Positions 36,917-39,965 of a stretch of DNA of 39,965 nucleotides are shown here, one piece after another. The position numbers and the translations under genes are program-made. The DNA lies in NCBI GenBank assembly GCA_045638125.1, contig JAZUAS010000094.1, positions 1 through 39,965 of the forward strand, given 5' to 3'. The notes under the pieces were generated by a model, which was not told the origin of the DNA, did not search any database, and saw only the letters and a program-made list of their open reading frames with translations. Each line of letters starts with the position of its first letter. The first letter of the stretch is position 1. This stretch comes from Eubacteriales bacterium. GTDB taxonomy: Bacteria; Bacillota; Clostridia; Oscillospirales; CAG-272.

Positions 36917-36917
36917 G

Positions 36918-36993
36918 TGGTGCACCTTCAGGGACTCGAACCCGGGACCCACTGATTAAGAGTCAGTTGCTCTACCAACTGAGCTAAAGGTGC
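36918..36993 (-). tRNA. tRNA-Lys (anticodon CTT), CCA encoded
   Basis: I folded the cloverleaf by hand. The acceptor is GCACCTT/AAGGTGC and the D-arm is GCTC-AGTTGGTA-GAGC. The anticodon arm is ACTGA-CTCTTAA-TCAGT. The T-arm is CCGGG-TTCGAGT-CCCTG, with one C-U mismatch at 50:64. Confidence 0.9.
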
Positions 36994-36997
36994 AAAC

Positions 36998-37037
36998 TGG
37001 CTCCCCCTGTTGGGCTTGAACCAACGACCCCTTGATT
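36998..37037 (-). pseudogene. Orphan 3' half of a tRNA (Asn-like acceptor end); the 5' half is missing
   Basis: The minus strand reads AATCAAG-GGGTC-GTTGG-TTCAAGC-CCAAC-AGGGGGA-G-CCA. That is the anticodon-stem 3' strand, variable loop, a perfect T-arm, the acceptor 3' strand, a G discriminator and CCA. No complementary TCCCCCT strand, D-arm or anticodon lies upstream. Confidence 0.6.
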
Positions 37038-37216
37038 TAGTTAGCGTTACAACCTCATCAAAGAATCTCTTAATTTTAAGCCCTATGAGTTGGGGAACTC
37101 ATATATTCTTTACTCGTATATTATAGCATCTTTGTAGGGGTTTGTCAATAGGTTTCTACAAGTTTTTTAACTTTGTATAGTTTTTGCAAACCGCTTCATA
37201 TAATTGAAGCGGTTTA

Positions 37217-38815
37217 TTATGCGATTTCTCCGATAAACTTGTAATTGATCTTAATATTCTGCATTGTAGTGCCATTTTCTTTGATACGATCTCCTACAAC
37301 AACGGACTGTATGAGTCGATTGAGAACCTCGTCATCAAGTTCAGTCAACGTTTCATAAGATTCTGCCAATTCAAGAAAACGCTCAGTTCCGTACGCGGTT
37401 GCCTGTGAGCTATCCTGGATTTTTACGAGCTCAGCTCTACGCGCTCTTGCCGCATCCTGTTCAGCCTCGCATCTGGCTGATAAGTCTTGGAATTTTCTAT
37501 CCGACAAAATTCCATTGAACCTATCATCGTATAACTGTTCAAACTTGCGGTCAAGTTCAGCAATCTTTGCTTCGAGCATCTTAATCTCATTTTCGACACG
37601 GGCATCTTCGCTATCACCATTCTCAACCTTGTGCAGAACTCTGGCAATAAACTCTTCCCTGTTTTCTCGAATCATATACAGCACCTCATTGATATCGTGA
37701 AGTATTGCTTCATAAAGCTCGTGGTACATGATATAGTGACTCGAGCAAACATCCGGTCCTTTCTTCTTGTAGGTATTGCATACGTAATAGTTGTTTCTAT
37801 CTGATGCGTTCGCAATTCCCAAAGCATGTCCGCACTTGTCACATTTTATCAATCCCGCGAAGATATTATTAAAGCCACTTGAAGATGTCCTCTTCCTGCT
37901 ATCAAGTTTAGCGTGAGCATCATCCCAAAGCTGCTGGCTTATAAGCTGAGGAACAATACCCGGAATCATAATCCAGTCCTCTTCCTCTTGCTTCACAATT
38001 CGCTTGCTCTTAAATGATACCTTTCTACGCCTACCGCTAATAAGAAAGCCCAAGTACGTTTTATCCTGAAGGATTTTATGGACGGTTGCCAAGTTCCAGT
38101 CATACGGATCCTTTTCATACGGTTTTTTCAACAACTGTGCTCGATATGCTGATGGAGTAAGTATCTTATGCTCCTTTAACACTCTTGCAATTTTGTTATA
38201 CCCATACCCATGGTACGCCGCCATTTCAAAAATCCAGATCACATTAGGTGCAACCTCTTGGTTGATTTCCAACACGTGATGGTCATCTTGAGATTTCAGC
38301 AAACCGTAAACTGCAAACGAACCGATATATTCGCCGTTCATAGCTTTGGTTATAAACGCTTGTTTTGTCTTTCTTGAACAATCTGCAGGATAATACTCGT
38401 TGAATACGTTCTTGATTGGAAGCATCAAATCATAGTCAGTATCTCCACGGTCTGTATCTACATCATCGCCTATGGCAATAAAACGAACTTTCATCTGTGG
38501 GAATATATCGCTTATGTAGGATCCAACCTGCAAATAGTTTCTTCCAAAACGGGATAGATCTTTTACGATGACTACATTGACGCGCTTGGCTTTCACATCT
38601 TCCATCATTCGCTTGAAGTCGGGACGATTGAAATTCGTCCCGGTGTATCCATCGTCTATATAAACATCGTAAATGCAGATATTATTTTGCTTACAAAAAT
38701 CGGTTAAAATCTTTTCCTGTGTTTCAATAGAAACACTGGTTCCGTCTTTTTCATCGTCATCGCTGAGCCTGGTATACAGCGCTGCGATCAATCTGCTTTG
38801 CTCTTTACTCTTCAT
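37217..38815 (-). CDS. Large serine recombinase (TnpX/SpoIVCA-like, with a DUF4368-like C-terminus)
   Basis: 532 aa counted from ATG 38815, with an AGAGAGG RBS. The catalytic region is ALYTRLSDDDE, and VIVKDLSRFGRN is also present. It has a zinc ribbon, CDKCGH...YYVCNTYKKKGPDVCSSH, a coiled-coil and a C-terminal extension. Confidence 0.9.
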   Translation of the reverse strand: MKSKEQSRLIAALYTRLSDDDEKDGTSVSIETQEKILTDFCKQNNICIYDVYIDDGYTGTNFNRPDFKRMMEDVKAKRVNVVIVKDLSRFGRNYLQVGSYISDIFPQMKVRFIAIGDDVDTDRGDTDYDLMLPIKNVFNEYYPADCSRKTKQAFITKAMNGEYIGSFAVYGLLKSQDDHHVLEINQEVAPNVIWIFEMAAYHGYGYNKIARVLKEHKILTPSAYRAQLLKKPYEKDPYDWNLATVHKILQDKTYLGFLISGRRRKVSFKSKRIVKQEEEDWIMIPGIVPQLISQQLWDDAHAKLDSRKRTSSSGFNNIFAGLIKCDKCGHALGIANASDRNNYYVCNTYKKKGPDVCSSHYIMYHELYEAILHDINEVLYMIRENREEFIARVLHKVENGDSEDARVENEIKMLEAKIAELDRKFEQLYDDRFNGILSDRKFQDLSARCEAEQDAARARRAELVKIQDSSQATAYGTERFLELAESYETLTELDDEVLNRLIQSVVVGDRIKENGTTMQNIKINYKFIGEIA

Positions 38816-39103
38816 TCTTACCTCTCTTTCCGAGCAAAGCGATAGTTGTGCCCTCATTATACACTACGGAATCCAAAAGGTCAAATGTGCAAAAATTATT
38901 TTTGCTTTTTTTCATTGACTGTTTTATCACCTCCCTTCGAGCGAACAGTTTTTCGGATTTGTTTCGCCACATAGTCAGAATAAATCTCCATAAGATTTTG
39001 CGTTCCGAAGCTCCGTTGAACTGTTATCCTCACTTTGTTTTCCTTAGCCTCTTTTTTAGCGATTTTTTATCACTTCCCTTCCTTATTATTATATAGGGGC
39101 TTA

Positions 39104-39379
39104 TCAGGACTTCTTTTGCTCTTCAATCACCTCTTTTCTGAGCCTTTCCATCAGATATTCACCGTCAACGGACGTAAGGATCTTATACCAATCCGAGCGA
39201 AAGAAGTTTTCGAGAGCGACAAGCTCATAGTCCGGCTTATCAACAATTCCGCTTCTGCGCAGATGGCGACGGTAGGCGTTCTTGTAGTCATTGCACGCTT
39301 GAATGACGATTGCATTCGCAATCTCCTCATAGGGATCATAATTCCCTTCTTCTCTGATGATGTCTTTTTCTTTTTTCAT
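39104..39379 (-). CDS. Small hypothetical protein of the element (91 aa)
   Basis: AAGGAGG lies 7 nt before ATG 39379. The longer ORF-track version (start 39598) crosses a terminator and promoter module. Confidence 0.55.
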   Translation of the reverse strand: MKKEKDIIREEGNYDPYEEIANAIVIQACNDYKNAYRRHLRRSGIVDKPDYELVALENFFRSDWYKILTSVDGEYLMERLRKEVIEEQKKS

Positions 39380-39473
39380 GGTTGTTTCCTCCTTGAATTT
39401 GTCGCAGTTTTTTCCTGTGTACCCATAAAGACAAAGGGAGATCTCTGTTTTTTGCAAAAAATAAAATTTTTTT

Positions 39474-39532
39474 AAAAAGCAAAAAACACAAGATATTGAT
39501 GTTGCATCTTGACAAACACCATATCTTGTGTT
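39474..39532 (-). terminator. Minus-strand intrinsic terminator overlapping the plus-strand promoter
   Basis: A 12-bp perfect inverted repeat, AACACAAGATAT (39485-39496) and ATATCTTGTGTT (39521-39532). On the minus strand it is followed by TTTTTTGCTTTTT. Confidence 0.45.
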
Positions 39533-39537
39533 ATAAT
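39509..39537 (+). promoter_or_regulatory. Full-consensus sigma-A promoter facing into the element
   Basis: TTGACA, 17-nt spacer, TGt-TATAAT. Confidence 0.65.
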
Positions 39538-39544
39538 GTATGTG

Positions 39545-39778
39545 TAATTGATTTTTGTGCGCGTCCTTCGGGACACCGTGAGTTTTCTCACAATGCACAC
39601 GTTGTTATTTTTGTACGCGGTCAGTATGCTCGCCCTCTGTCTTTTTGCTATGGGCTAATACTGGCTATTTTTATTTTTTATAGGGCTATTTGCCCACAAT
39701 GCGAGAATGAATTTGGTTTACGGTCACCGTAAACGCCACTGCCAATCTATGGCTTGGAGGTTCATTCTCGCTTTTTTT
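39545..39778 (+). ncRNA. Candidate ~230-nt structured RNA/leader ending in a three-way-junction terminator
   Basis: It contains a GTCC-UUCG-GGAC hairpin, a GTGAG-UUUU-CUCAC hairpin and a GGGC-uauuu-GCCC hairpin. An 11-bp stem, GCGAGAATGAA (39701-39711) with TTCATTCTCGC (39761-39771), encloses two further hairpins. T7 follows the stem. Confidence 0.4.
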
Positions 39779-39836
39779 ATTTGTCCAAAAGCCACACGGC
39801 TATGGAAATAAATAATGAAAGGTGGTTCAGACAAGA

Positions 39837-39965
39837 ATGAACAACAAACCAAGAAGGCGTCCTCACGGAAAGAGTAACGCCAGGATCAAGCAGCAAATTC
39901 TGAGAAAGGAGCAGAAGAAAGAAACGAAGTATCCCTTGCGAACGGAATACCGTCAGGCGGTGTTC
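39837..39965 (+). CDS. Hypothetical basic protein, N-terminal 43 codons (runs off the window)
   Basis: The ATG is preceded by AAAGGTGG. The frame stays open to the window end: MNNKPRRRPHGKSNARIKQQILRKEQKK... Confidence 0.4.
   Translation, partial: MNNKPRRRPHGKSNARIKQQILRKEQKKETKYPLRTEYRQAVF

Larger units (their letters stand above)
37038..39965. mobile_element. Left end of an integrated element (serine-recombinase type); it continues beyond the window
   Basis: The tRNA is truncated at about 37038. A large serine recombinase gene ends 180 bp inside that junction. Small element-type ORFs and a strong inward-facing promoter follow. G+C is lower by eye. Confidence 0.55.

Noticed and set aside
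36998-37110. A complete, unusual tRNA (with an intron or a long arm) instead of a truncated one
   Set aside because: No sequence complementary to the acceptor 3' strand (AGGGGGA) occurs within 120 nt upstream. The five bases upstream of the would-be anticodon loop cannot pair with TCAAG. There is no D-arm.
39496-39732. 78-aa ORF (with CPQC) listed by the track
   Set aside because: It starts upstream of the -35 box of the consensus promoter and has no RBS. It runs through the hairpins of the structured RNA and has no internal ATG after the predicted transcription start.
39556-39840. Group II intron or retron ncRNA, prompted by GTGCG near the RNA 5' end and a downstream ORF
   Set aside because: There is no domain V/VI-like hairpin. 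The distance to the ORF is too short. The visible 43 N-terminal residues are basic and low-complexity, without reverse-transcriptase motifs, and there are no flanking a1/a2-type long inverted repeats.
1-39965. CRISPR arrays, rRNA genes, IS elements with terminal inverted repeats, and known defence or toxin-antitoxin gene pairs
   Set aside because: I saw no regularly spaced direct repeats. I also saw no rRNA-like sequence, transposase ORFs, or nuclease/ATPase/methylase gene combinations when reading both strands.

Overview
The window looks like a Firmicutes/Clostridia-type chromosome, judged by gene order, sigma-A-like promoters and GGAGG ribosome-binding sites. No database search was possible.

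Positions 1-28.8 kb are mostly conserved housekeeping blocks:
- (-) rimP-nusA-ylxR-ylxQ-infB. infB runs off the left edge and is absent from the ORF track.
- (+) yybS-like-gdpP-rplI-dnaB.
- (+) tilS-hpt-ftsH.
- (+) a tight five-gene operon: fakB(DegV)-fakA(Dak2)-GPH-type MFS-PlsC-type acyltransferase-alpha/beta hydrolase.
- (-) Cys-rich protein-mnmM-like methyltransferase-VanY-like peptidase.
- (+) ogg-hypothetical-MATE.
- (-) unknown protein-histidine phosphatase.
- An orphan membrane protein and a LysM-CAP protein.

Positions 29-40 kb look accessory and more AT-rich by eye:
- A frameshifted dsdA, followed by YitT, a PAP2-like protein, a membrane-tethered XRE regulator and an AEC transporter.
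- A two-gene islet (alkaline-phosphatase-superfamily enzyme plus M28 peptidase) bracketed by GC-rich structured segments that carry tRNA T-arm-like relics.
- tRNA-Lys(CTT), then an orphan 3' half of a second tRNA.
- The edge of an integrated element carrying a large serine recombinase. Its interior opens with a consensus promoter driving a ~230-nt structured RNA.

I found no rRNA, no CRISPR array and no recognisable defence or toxin system, so I cannot point to a clear novel multi-gene system.

The observations most worth follow-up are:
- the split tRNA / serine-recombinase junction;
- the structured RNAs at 34.3, 36.8 and 39.6 kb;
- the fak-linked lipid-salvage operon, whose hydrolase has a Cys nucleophile;
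- the dsdA frameshift one codon before the PLP lysine.

Self-derived coordinates (promoters, hairpins, tRNAs) may be off by 1-2 nt.
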